Source: Felis catus
Taxonomy: Eukaryota
Assembly (NCBI RefSeq): GCF_018350175.1
Contig: NC_058368.1
Span: 145,826,001-145,890,000 of the forward strand
Reading direction: 5' to 3'
DNA: 64,000 nucleotides
Part shown: one piece after another, positions 36,713 through 48,145 of the stretch
Numbering within the stretch: position 1 is the first letter of the stretch
Layout: the number at the start of each line of letters is the position of its first letter
Notes under the pieces: model-generated
Told to the model about the DNA's origin: nothing
Databases searched by the model: none
Seen by the model: only the letters and a program-made list of their open reading frames with translations
Position numbers and translations under genes: made by a program

Positions 36713-37469
36713 GCTTTCTTGGGCCCGTTTTTTAAGTGCACTAATCCTAATCACCTCCCAAAGGCCCACTTCCTAATACCATTACTTTTGGGATTTGGGT
36801 TTCAACATATGAATTTTATGTAAACACAAATATTCAGAGTATAGGATGTATATATACACATCATATGTTCATATCTATATCTATATCTATATCTATATCT
36901 GAAAAGAATAAATGATAAAGCAAATGGTACAAAATTTTACCAATAAATGAATTTGGCTAAAGGGTATGCGAGGGTTCTATGTACTCCTTTTATTCTTAGA
37001 TCTTTTATGTAAGTATTAAAGTATTTCCAAACAAAAAGTAAAAAGAAATAATTAAAAATTCAGCATAAACCAAAAAAAAAATAATTAAGGCTTTCTGTTA
37101 TTCAGTATCCTATCACTTGGATGACCATGGGCGTAGCACAGTGCATTTCACTGTAAGCAAATTGTTTAAGAAAATGCTACAGGTAGAAAGCAAACTTCAG
37201 TTAAGAGTGTAAAAGAGGGCCCTTTAAACAAGCAAACGCGCTTGGGGGGTGTTTACAAGTTGGCAAAAGCATCCTGTGGTGGAGAAGCTGATAGTCTTGA
37301 ATGAGAACTGGCGTCTCCAGGCAGCAAGGCTGCCTGTGCAGTGACAGTGGTTCTTCTTAGATGTGTCTGGCAAGCCTGAGGCAATGGCCAGGGAGACATG
37401 TAAAGGGACAGAAAGGAGAAGGGAAAGAAATCTGGAGAACACTTGGAAAAGAGGAGGGAATTGTAACAT

Positions 37470-37690
37470 TAGCTAGTATCACTGAGCACTTATTATAGCC
37501 TGGCTTTGTGCTTCGGTTCTTTTACCTCATTTTATCCCTTCTTCCTCCGAGTAAGCCTACAAAGTTAATATTATTATTTCTCTTTTATAGGTAAAAAATC
37601 TGGGACTTAGAGAAGCTTCTGTATAAATTAGACAGTGGTAGAGCTGATATTTAAACTGAAGTCTCTATGACCTCAAAGTTATTAACGACT
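37470..37690 (-). mobile_element. MIR SINE
   Basis: CACTGAGCACTTATTAT...TTTTATAGGTAAAAAATCTGGGACTTAGAGA...GTGGTAGAGCTGATATTTAAAC. Confidence 0.75.
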
Positions 37691-38735
37691 ATATTATAGG
37701 GTCCCCCCAGTGGCTCTTGTGGGGAAGGAGAATCAGGGTGCCCCAACAGTTCAATAGGCAGCTCCTGTTGGCAGCTCCAGGGCTGGGCCCTTGGTGTCAA
37801 GATGTTAAGAACATCCATTGCGCCTTTGGCTGTTCCAGCAGTAAGATCGCTTGAAGTCAATAAAGAACTGTTGGTGTGTCCCAGGGAGTAGTTTCTTAGA
37901 TTGACTAGCACCTGATGCCAAGAGAAGCAATTCCATTTCTCATGTGGCCTCATGTCGTTCCAACTCCCTTTCCTTCCTTGCTATGCAGACACGCACTGTG
38001 GAGTGTAAAAAGTGATTTGGGGGCCAAACACTACAGTATAGATGGAAAACCCTTGCCTCATGTAGAAGAGCTGTGGAGTTCTTCATGTTATTTTTTCTTC
38101 TCTGACTGTCTGTTAAAGAAGCCAAGTGAAAATGTACTCTCCAGGATGATAGGCTGTTTGTTTAAAGAACTGCACACATCACGGAGGTATTGAGTTGTTC
38201 ACTAGGTTTTTGGTAGGTGGATAGTAGGTTTCCAGATACAGCTAATGACTTTCATTTATGGGTGGGGATCTTCAGCATTCAGGTTGTTTTTCTTACTCCT
38301 CATCACAAAACCAAATTATGGTTCAACTCTGCTTGAGAGTTCATTTCTCTTTTTCAAAGACCAGGGATGCTCAAGTTTATGTGCATAATTACTTTTTAAA
38401 AACTGATGAGTCTGCCTTATTTCAAGTTTAAAGCAAAGCTCATCATGCCCAAAGTGCAGGCTGAAAAAGAGAATTGGCCAAACCGGCTATTATAGGGTAC
38501 ATAACGATTAAAACATTGTCTTGCTTACAAGAAGCAGTTAGAACTTCCTCAGTCTTTGGTTTTTCGTGCTTCTTTTCCATTGCTGGATTTTAGAAGCTTG
38601 TGTGTACATAATATATCTCATGTATCTAAATGAAAAATTTCTCAGAGGACCAAAATGTTCATTATTCTTAATCCCCAGTATAGATAGATAAACTGCAATT
38701 AGTTTGTCTTTGGGCTTTTTGCCTGTTGGGTTTCT

Positions 38736-38792
38736 TTCCTTCCTTCCTTCCTTCCTTCCTTCCTTCCTTCCTTCCTTCCTTCCTTCCTTCCT
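38736..38792. repeat. (TTCC)n microsatellite
   Basis: About 14 tandem TTCC units. Confidence 0.95.
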
Positions 38793-39960
38793 CTTTCTTT
38801 CTTTATATATACATGTATGTTTATTGCTGTTAGTGGCAAGATTAAACAGTACTATGATTAATTAAGTAAGTAATGTATTGGGTATTTATTCTGGGTCAAA
38901 TATAGTGACACCAAGACATTGCTCCTGCCCTGAAGATCCTCATAATACAAAGGGAGAAACAGGGACATAAACAGACAAACACCACACAGTAAAACAAGTA
39001 GTTATGGTCCCTGCCCTTGATGTTGGCTACTCTTTCTGTTTCATTTCAGTGAAACTGTCTACTTCACACAAAATGACATACCCAAAGGCAGCATCTCCCT
39101 GTGAAAGCATGCTTCTCATGGGAAAGGCGATTGAGAGGGGATTTGGGGTTAAGAAGAGGAAACTGACCTGATGTGCAAGATGTTCTTCATGCTCCCAGTA
39201 AGGCATGGGCACAGGAGCCTGTGGTTAGAGGATGTCTTCCCCAGGACAGTCTTTCTGTCTGGAGTGGGAAAGTCGCTGGAGTGGTTGCAGTTAAAAGTGG
39301 CATGCAGGTGGAGTACTGTAACATCCATTTTAAGCCAATTAAGTAGGATGAGAAGGATAAGGAACACCTCTGGGAACTTTGTGATTGAGATTCTTCCTGT
39401 GTTTCTTAACTGCAGAAGAAAATGAGTGATGAAAGGAGAAATCGTTCTCAGGGCATAATTTTCATTTTCGGAGCAAAAGTAACTAATACAGAGAGGAGTG
39501 AAATATAGCCAATTGTGTCTCAAAAAAAAATGCCTAACTAATTCAACCAAGGAAAGAATGATTTTCTACATGTTTAGTCCATGTGGGGAAGTATTATTTG
39601 GAGCACTTGCTAGAAGTTCTTTACGTAGGTCTCTATTTTATACATATGCAGAAATGTGGTTTTTGATGTATGGTTCATAAGCCAAAAATAAGGTTGTATT
39701 TGGCTTTCCTAAAAGGTGGTCATGTGTGGAGCTGAGTGGAGGAAATTATAAGTCATATTTTTGGTTATTTTAAGTTTAATTGATAGAATCATGAGCTGAA
39801 TTCAAAGACTGTGTAGGCCAACGTTTTCTGAGAAATCCACCAGATGTTATGTGGTTATATGTGAGCACACCTGAAAAGGATTTTGAACATTAAAGTCTGA
39901 ATCCAGAGCTATTCTTCAACATTTTTAATTTTTGTTAAAAAAAAAAAAACTCTTAAGACT

Positions 39961-40180
39961 GGGGCACCTGGATGGCTCAGTCGGTTGAGCATTCGACTTG
40001 GGCTTGGGTCATGATCTCACAGCTCATGAGTTCGAGCCCTATGTCGGCTTCTGTGCTGACAGCTCAGAGCCTGGAGCCTCTGTCAGATATTGTGTCTCCC
40101 TCTCTTTCTGCCCCTCCCCAACTCACGCTCTGTCTCTCTCTCTCTCTCTCTCAAAAATAAACATTAAAAAAAATTTTTTT
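39961..40180 (+). mobile_element. Felid Can-SINE
   Basis: GGGGCACCTGGATGGCTCAG head. TSD AAACTCTTA(AG/TC)ACT. Confidence 0.96.
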
Positions 40181-40671
40181 AAACTCTTATCACTGATGAA
40201 TAAAAGTGTCTAGGAGGTGAGTTTACCAAGTCCCAACCAGTGATGCCAGATCTACATGAAGCCCCCAAATCAACTTCTGCCTCATGAGGTCTTAGATTTG
40301 TCTTAAATGAAAGGGAAAATTGCTCATAACTGCAAGTGTAAGTAGTCATTAAGACAGGCACAATCATCACCAAAATAGACCACTTTTTAATTTAAATTTG
40401 TTTCATCATTGGGCACTATAATAAACCCAAACTCAACAATGAGGTCACTTAAATTTACCAGATAGTTCTCTCCTTGAGAAACTCCTTGTCTTCTTCTCCA
40501 TTCTATCATACTTCCTTCCTAATGTGGGGGACATTGCAGAAAACAACGAAGGAAAACTCATCACTTCAGATTTGACCATATGTGGTTGCCAAAGCTTGCA
40601 GGTTTGTGATTACCATCAATATACTTGTGCTGTCAGCTAGAGCCACCAGAATATCTTTGACTCCATGAGGG

Positions 40672-41152
40672 TGTAGGAGAGGAGAGACTTTTGCTTTTCA
40701 GCTGAGAGTATTTAACAAAAAGATTAATAGGAGAAAAAACAGTTTATTAATGCATGAAGTGCACACCACGTGGGAGAAACCTAAACCAAAAGTAACTAAA
40801 ACTAGCAACTTGGAATTCTGGCTTATATTTATATAGCATTTTCAATAAAGAACAATGTTAGTAGAGAAATGACAGATCAAAAGAAACAGTTTTTGGCTTT
40901 TCCAAGGGCAGCAAACTGTGGGAAGGTAAATATATGGGAGGAAACTAATGAAGTAAAGTGTGTTTGCAGATTCATCTGGAGGCATCTCTGGGCTGATAAG
41001 AGTCTTTCTCCATTCAAAGAATTTATATCCTGCCTTTAAGCAGAAGTGAGGTAGTTTTTTTCTGCATTTGTTGCCTCTTACTTGCCTATCATTTGAAATA
41101 ATTTTTATGTCAAAGAGGGATATTTTAGGGTGACATATTCAGATTTCCTTCA
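40672..41152 (-). mobile_element. ERV1-class solo LTR (MER34/MER39-like)
   Basis: Minus strand begins TGAAGGAAATCTGAATATGTCACCCTAAAATATCCCTCTTTGACATAA and ends CTCCTACA. 4-bp TSD AGGG at 40668-40671 and 41153-41156. Confidence 0.88.
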
Positions 41153-41329
41153 AGGGCCACATAAGAAGAGCTGACTGGTGGACCTGTGACCAGGGTCTTC
41201 CCTGGCCAAAGTTTGTCTTTAGCACTCCTAAAAATGTCCTCTTTCTTCTGATGCCCTCCCTACTAGTAACCACTATCCTTTGCTACTGGAGTGTCAAGAA
41301 TGGAAAATCATCCCATGCCTTTTTTGGGT

Positions 41330-42065
41330 CAGTTTTTATTTTGAAATCATGTAATACATACAGAAGATTTGCAAAGATAGCCATTGAGTCGGTTTGCCCC
41401 TAACCCCACTTCCCCTCATGTTAACCAGTGTCTGTATTGGTATCTTATTGTGGTTTGAATTTATGTTTCCGTAATGACTCCTGATGTTGTGCATCCTCTC
41501 ATCTGCTTATTTACCATCCTTATGTCTGCTTTGGTGAGAAATCTGTTGAGAAATGTGTCTCATTTTAAAAATTGGGTTGTGTGTTTTCTTATTGTTGGGT
41601 TTTGAGAATTCTTTATAGACGTTAATTATCAGTTGGATGGCCTGCAGATATTTTCTTCCAGTCTTTAGTGCTCTTTATTTGCTTTTTCATATCCAAGTTT
41701 CAGTCTGATATCCTTCTGCCTGATGAAATTCTTTTAAGATTTCTTGTCGAATAGATTTGTGGGCAGTGAATTCTGTTCATTTTTATTTATTCGAGAAAAA
41801 CTTCCTTTTTTCATTTTCAGTTTTGAAAGTTATTTTCATAGACTGTAGAATTCTGGGTTGATGGCTTCCCCACAACCTCCACACAAGCCCATTGAAGATC
41901 TCTCTCATCATCTTCTGGTTTATATGGCTTCTGATAAGAAATCTGTTGTAATACTTAAACTTTCTTCTGCTGTATGTAATATTTGTTTTTCTGCTGGTTG
42001 TTTCAAAATTGTGTTTTTTTTGTTTTCAGTAGTTTGAATACAGCATTTGAAGATGTATGTGTCTG

Positions 42066-42124
<59 letters not shown>

Positions 42125-43760
42125 GTATTTATCCTGCTTACTTTCCTCTGAACATTCTGGCATCTGGTATTAATTTGGGGGACTTCTTGGCCATTTTCTC
42201 TTCCAGTATTTCTTCTACATTATTCTCTCTCTCTGTTCTCTTGTTGGGATTCCTATGATGTGTAAGTTATAAATGTTTGACATTGTCCCACAGGTATTTG
42301 TTGAGTTTTCGCCACGCCCACCCTTTTTTTCCCCCCTCTATGTTTCAGTTTGGGTAATTTCTATTGCCTTATCTCCAGGTTCACTGATAATTTCAGTGGT
42401 AGAGTTCCTTGAGCTTGGCAGTGCCATCTCCTGGCTTTGTTACTGTGCTTTTTCACTTTCAGCATTTGCATTCGATTCATATTTCCCTGATCAGACTCTT
42501 CATCTGATCTTGCATGTTGCCTACTTTTTCGTTTGTAGCCTTTCACTGTTATTTTACAATCTCCTGTCAGATAGTTCCATATCTGTGTCATAACTAAGTC
42601 TGGTTCTAATGATTGCTCTTCTTTGTCTGTCTTTCTTTCGTTTTCACGTACCTCATAATATTTTGTGAAAGCTGGATGCCTTATGTATGATAGAAGAGAC
42701 TGCAGTAAATAGTTTTTAATGCCTGGAAGTGGACACACCTTTCCTTCTATTAGGTCTTTAGTATGGGGATTGGAGGTAATGCTGTGAGCAGTTGGGCTGG
42801 GCTTCAGGTTTTTTGTTGCTATGGTTACCCTCAATGTTCCAAGGGCTTCATATTTCTTAGGGGGGCCTGGTGTTTAAGATGTGAGTTTGTTTGGAGAACA
42901 ATGTCTATTTGGTCTTCTCTTTCTGCTTTGCTTCAGAGAGTTTCTTTTTTGTCCATTCTTGCTCCTCTGTTGTCCCTTTCTCCACAGTATTCTTGTTACT
43001 TGTTGGAACATTTTTCTTAGTTATAGAGGACAGTGGAATGGAATAGTCTCTACTGTTATGATTAAATCTCAGTCTTATGTAGGATCTTGGGAGTATGGCT
43101 TTCTGAATTCTCCACTTGTTTCCCTGGCTGTAATTTTGGGCCCAGTGTGTATTCATGCCCCTAACACAGGATGAAGCTTTCTTATTTTTCTATTTTCCTC
43201 CTCCAGCTTCACAGAGTTTTCACTTGTGCCCTAAGGATGGTGTCATTGTCACTCCTGCCACTTTCCCCAAAGATTAAGGCTTTTGTTCAGTAGGGGAGAT
43301 GCGGGAAGCAGATGAGGTGTGGTGCTTCCCCCACATGACTGCTATCCCCTCACCAGGTTTGCATCAACACTGATAGTTCTTAAGACCTTGTCTTTTGTGT
43401 GGGTGAGAGCATCTGGTGGTTTTTGTAGAGAAAAGGGAGCTGAAGGTGTGCACATTCCCAATTTCTGTGTCTCTAAGGTTCTCTTACCTTGGAAAGATCT
43501 TACACAAAATTTTGGATAAGGCAGAGAAGGAGGACTTCATTCTGTCTTCCCTGCCCTGCTTTGGCCTTCACCAATTCACCACTTATTCTGGCTGAATCTC
43601 ACTTTTGTTGCTTTTAACCCAGGTAAGTGAATGCTTCCATCTCCTCTCTCCCAGTAGGTGCCTGTTTCCCCTCAAATTCTGAGCCAGTTATTTGTTCCAC
43701 AACTTCAGTTCAACCATCATGTATCTGAAGCTACTTCAGCTTTTTTTCATTGGAAAGTTG
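41330..43760 (-). mobile_element. Ancient L1M mosaic (3'-end, ORF2, ORF1 and 5'UTR fragments)
   Basis: T-rich antisense L1 motifs: TATCTTATTGTGGTTTGAATTT, GTAGAATTCTGGGTTGATGG, GCTTCTGATAAGAAATCTGTTGT, TTCTTGGCCATTTTCTCTTCCAGTATT. Confidence 0.8.
42066..42122. repeat. (CT)n(GT)n compound microsatellite
   Basis: Direct observation. Confidence 0.95.
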
Positions 43761-43781
43761 GGAGTGACATTCCCTCCAGCT

Positions 43782-43913
43782 TTGCCAGATAAAATACAAG
43801 ACATCTTGTGAAATTGGAATTTCAGATAAACAGTAATTTTTTAGTATATCTTATATAAAATTTAAATTTTAATGGGTGTTCGATACTTTTGTTTGCTAAA
43901 GGTAGCAACCCTA
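43782..43913. mobile_element. MER53 palindromic MITE, internally deleted
   Basis: TTGCCAGATAAAATACA...GAATTTCAGATAAACA...TTTGCTAAA..TAGCAACCCTA matches the MER53 arms. Confidence 0.8.
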
Positions 43914-43954
43914 CTTTGGCCTCCCTGATTCATGGTGCAGAAGTAGAAATTCCA

Positions 43955-43956
<2 letters not shown>

Positions 43957-43994
<38 letters not shown>
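43957..43994. repeat. (GT)19 microsatellite
   Basis: Direct observation. Confidence 0.95.
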
Positions 43995-43997
<3 letters not shown>

Positions 43998-44261
43998 ATC
44001 TATCACAAGTGAGTTCCAAATCTAAAGAACATTTTAAAACAAAAGATGTTTTAAAAATGGAGCTGAAGCAAAATGTAATCCTGAACACAAAGGAATCAAG
44101 TAATGGTGACATTTGAGGTTTCATTGGAGAGGACATTATTTACTTGGCTTTTATTTTATTTTTTTACCTCCTTGCTGTCCTTCCAGTCATACCCTATAAA
44201 CTGGACTAAAATTTAGGTTTAGTGAACAGTTTCATTTTTTTTTCATTTATTCATAAACAAT

Positions 44262-44415
44262 GTGATTTTTCTTACTTGGGGATCACGGAGTTCTGTGAGA
44301 AGTTGTTGATAGTTATGGATACTCTCCTGAGAAAAATTTGTATAACATTCCTGAGAAACTTTGTATACACTTTTCACTTATGATTTTTGAGGTTCTCGTA
44401 CATTGTAAAGATCTT
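44262..44415. mobile_element. hAT-Charlie MITE fragment (Charlie4-like)
   Basis: TTGGGGATCACGGAGTTCTGTGAGAAGTTG...TATGGATACTCTCCTGAGAAAAAT resembles the remembered consensus. Confidence 0.5.
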
Positions 44416-44955
44416 ACACAAAATTTTGGATAAGGCAGAGAGGGAGGAATTTTTGAATGTTACCTCAGCTTATTAATGTCATGTCAGACATACTGAATTG
44501 TGCTCTGTATTATGGAATGTATGGTAGCACACTGATTACTGTGAGATGGGGACATTTTGGTCAAGGAGAGACTTATTTTAGAAATAGCCTTATTTAGCCA
44601 TTATCTGCATGAGTCAATGACCTATTTGCATTTTTATTTATTTCTGCATTTGACACAACTATCCATTACACAGAATAGCATTTTTCTTGCACTTTCAAAG
44701 TACAGCAGACATACTGTGAAGCTGAACTTGGATCATCCATCAGTGTAGACAGCCCTTTATTATTTTCAGTTGTATTTCCTGTTCTGGAAGTTTTTCAAAA
44801 TTATGTTCCAATTTCCATATGTACCAAAATATATCTCTCCTCTTTCCATATATTTTAATAAGCTAAAATATAGTGGTGAAATGGGACAAGAAGATGTCAT
44901 AGAAACAGAAAGATATAACCTCACTCCATAGTTCTTTAAATTTCCTTTCCTAGAC

Positions 44956-45155
44956 TATGGGTTGGAAAAAATATAGCTGGCAAGCTGGCCATGTTTTTAT
45001 AATAAAGTTTTATTAGAACACAGCCATGCTCATTTATTTATGGATTGTCTTTGGCTATTTTCACACTACAAGGGGAGAGTTGAGCAGTTGTGACTGAGAC
45101 TTTGTGGCCTATAAGCCATATTTAGTGTCTGGCCCTTTAAGAAAGAGTTGGCTGT
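44956..45155. mobile_element. MER58A hAT-Charlie MITE
   Basis: AATAAAGTTTTATTAGAACACAGCCATGCTCATTTATTTA...AGAGTTGAGCAGTTGTGAC...TCTGGCCCTTTA. Confidence 0.88.
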
Positions 45156-46387
45156 TTTAGACAAAGGACGAAGATAAGAGAAGAACAAATTTATACATGA
45201 CCACAAGCTGTTGTGTAACTCATTTAGTTTCCACAGCAAGGTTGTTGCTATGTGAAAATTGCTTATTTATACTTAGATCCTTTAGAAGGCCCCAAGTTGC
45301 CCTGAAAGGCTCAGAGGTAATTTCAATAGCCTCTTTAGGCTACTTTGGAAAATCTCCCCAATTCTCCCTTTTGCTTTCATCCCTCATTAGTCTTGGGATA
45401 AAAACCAAGTAGAGTTGAGAGCCAATCAATTGGGTTTTGGGGATAAAAGAGTTATCCCAAAAGAGTTATCTTCCAGAGTTGAGAGAGAGAATTAGAAGTT
45501 TTATCTCAGCATGAGATCAGGAAGGGAAAGAGAGTGCTATGTAATCCAAAAATAAATGCATTTTATTTAGGAATCTCTTTTATCATTCTTAGAAATTTTG
45601 CCAATGATGTTAAATGAAAACTAATTTTCTTTCTAAATTAGGAAATGATGAAGGAGACACTACGTTTTTCCTCTTAAAGAATAGATCTGTGGAATTTCTT
45701 GAAAGGGCATTTGTAAAATGCTCTCTCTCACACACACAGACACAGACAGCTTTTGCAAAAAAATGTTATCTGGATTCTGGGGCAAAGACCATGGGGTTAG
45801 GATCTAGGATTTGACCTTCTTTCTGCAGAAAGCTGTCAGACATTATACAAGCTCTGTAGGAACCAGTGTTGTTTGGGATGTTATCTGAAATGGGCTGGAG
45901 ATCTTGGAGTTTAGTTGCAGTGTGTGCTGGTATCTGATTCTAGCAGTAATCAGAGGGGTTCTTTTACTCACATTTCTGTAAAAATGACAGAAGAATTAAC
46001 TGGGATCCAAATCCATACTGTGAAATTAGCTTTAAAAAAGTAGTTCCTGGGGGTTTCAGTGTACGTGATAGGCTGATGCACTGCAAACATTTCAAGTCAG
46101 ACGAATATATCTTGATCCAAGTGTACAGTGTATTTGAACTGGGACTGAGTATACATGCTGTTACGGCCATGTCTGTCGGAGAGAATATTTGGCTAAACAG
46201 GTTTTGTGTCTGTGATGTGAGAAATGGTATGAATAAGAGGTAAGAGACAATGTGTAATAGTAGCCCAAAGAAAGAGTACGTATTTACTGGAATATGCTAG
46301 AAATTTGCTTCAATATATAAGAAACATAGAACATAAATATCTTCGTAATTCCTTGACCTGGTAACACCATGATAAAAGGAGACAAAG

Positions 46388-47350
46388 TAACTTAGCTTGG
46401 GTTCCAAGTCCCCAACCAAAAGCAGAGCCCAGGATAAGGGCTTGAGTGCAGCGAGTTTATTGTGCAAAATAAATTTTCTCTGGAGAGACATTAACAGGTT
46501 GGAGGGCAAGCAAAGAAGGATGCATAACTGAGTTGGTTGTTATTGCAAGCAACTGGTGCTTGATCATATCAGGGCCTTCTGAGGATCTGTGTAGACTATT
46601 AGCAGTGTCCATAGAGGAAAGATATTTCTACTGGCTCTTGTCTGTCCTTCACTGATCAACAAGTACCCCGCAAGGAGTAACTTCCTTGCACTTCCAAGAG
46701 AAGGGTAGCAGAATTTACCACCCAAAATATGCCTCTTTGGCATAAGGAATATGAAGTGATTACTTTGAGAAACTGCACACAGAAGAGAAACTCTGAAAAT
46801 AGGAGTAGTAATTACCATTTTGTAAGAGAAATTTACATGAGAAAGGGGGGCATATCCCTGGAAGAGAGCTATTACCAGAGATAACTTTTTTACCTGAGAG
46901 ACTTATCTGTATGTCTGGGCAACCTTTGTTTACCAAATGTTTCCTCTTTTCGCTTCCCCCACCTGAAGCCCCAGACTTATCCCTTTCCTTAGCTTAAGAT
47001 GGTATATAAGCCTCAATCATCTGGCCACTTTTAGATCTCATATCTTTGTGGGGTGTACATAATTACAATTATCTTTTTCTCCTGTTAATCTGTCTTTTAC
47101 TACAAGGGAGTCTCAGCCACAGAACCTAGAAAGGTAGAGGAAAAATTATTTTTTCCTTCCCTATACAGATTTGCTTATGTGAAATTCTGAGTAACTTCTC
47201 AACAGGAGTCTTACACCTTCACAGTAGTGTCAGAAGATTCAAGGCACAAAGTAAGAAACAAACAGTACAGCTAAGGTAAGCTGCTATCAGTTCACACCTG
47301 TGAAAAGCTGGTTGCCATAGCAATAGCTGGATGACAATGTACTATGAGAA
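46388..47350 (-). mobile_element. ERVL LTR (LTR33/LTR16 group), interrupted by a MER34-like LTR
   Basis: CTTAGCTTGGGTTCC...AAGCAGAGCCCAGGATAAGGGCTTGAGTGCAGCGAGTTTATT is the typical reverse 3' end. Confidence 0.65.
46699..47167 (+). mobile_element. ERV1-class solo LTR (MER34A-like)
   Basis: GAAGGGTAGCAGAATTTACCACCCAAAATATGCCTCTTTGGCATAAGG start, GGTATATAAG TATA, TTTTCTCCTGTTAATCTGTCTTT, end AACCTAGAAAGGTAGAGGAAAAATTATTTTTCCTTCCCTA. Confidence 0.88.
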
Positions 47351-47372
47351 TATTGTGCAGGAAATAGAAGGA

Positions 47373-47685
47373 TGTATTAGAGTTATATATTGTTTGTTAC
47401 AAGTTACTCCAAAACTTAATGACTTGAAACAACAGTATTTATTATTGCCATGTGTGTAGATCAGGAAACAGGTAGGGTTTAGATCACTCTTCTGCTTCTC
47501 TCACAGAAGCAGTCAAGGTCTCACAGTCAAGGTCTAAGATATGGTCATCTAAAGGCTCAACTTGGGAGGTACCCAGGTGCCTCATTTAGTTAGGCATCTG
47601 ACTCTTGATCTGAGCTCAGATCTTGATCTCAGGGTTGTCAGTTCAAGCCCCACATTGGACTCAGTGCTAGGCATGAAGCCTACCT

Positions 47686-47744
<59 letters not shown>

Positions 47745-47830
47745 AGAAAGAAAGATTCAACTATGAAAGATCTGCTTCCAAGCTCATTCACTTGGTAGAA
47801 TTCAGTTCCCCCCAGGCTGCTGCTAGTCTA
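47373..47830 (-). mobile_element. MaLR LTR fragment (MLT1E/F-type), interrupted by a SINE
   Basis: TACTCCAAAACTTAATGACTTGAAACAACA...AGATCTGCTTCCAAGCTCATTCAC...AGAATTCAGTTCC. Confidence 0.8.
47563..47750 (+). mobile_element. Short Can-SINE lacking the CT-rich body, with (GA)n tail
   Basis: tRNA-like head through GAAGCCTACCT directly followed by (GA)n. TSD AAAG(GC/AT)TCAACT at 47551-47562 and 47751-47762. Confidence 0.85.
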
Positions 47831-48145
47831 TGGTATGTGATATGGTATGGTGGAGCATTGGAAGGCACATCCTTATAAGAACAGAGTCTCTCATTTCATG
47901 TCCACTTTCTTAATCTCTTAATTTTTCAGTTCAGCTGTTGCTAAAAAATAGTCTCAAAGACATTTCTATAATAAGTCATGATGAGGAAAAATGAGATCTA
48001 ATCTCACTCTCTAAAAATAATATTATACCATTAATCTAAATATTGTCTCTTATATTGGAACTATAATGGATTTCTTTTCTCCATACTTACTTCTAATGCT
48101 TATTTATACTTCATTATTTACAATAAGTCCAGCCAGAGAATATTC

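Larger units (their letters stand above)
36164..36846 (-). mobile_element. MaLR LTR (MLT1A/MST-type), interrupted by two SINEs
   Basis: GTCTTAGTTCATTCAGGTTACTATAACAAAA...GAGAAGTCCAAG...CTAATCACCTCCCAAAGGCCCACTTCCTAATACCAT...TTTCAACATATGAATTT. Confidence 0.88.
35765..37050 (+). mobile_element. L1MC4-type 3' end, interrupted by an LTR and SINEs
   Basis: GTTCCAGATTAAAG...CCTTGTTCTTAGGAAATATACAC...ATGATAAAGCAAATGG...GTATTTCCAAACAAAAAGT. Confidence 0.8.

Noticed and set aside
40672..47167. Two related MER34-like LTRs about 5.5 kb apart as ends of one provirus
   Set aside because: They are in opposite orientations, the left one has its own 4-bp TSD, and the interval contains L1 and MITE sequence rather than gag/pol/env.
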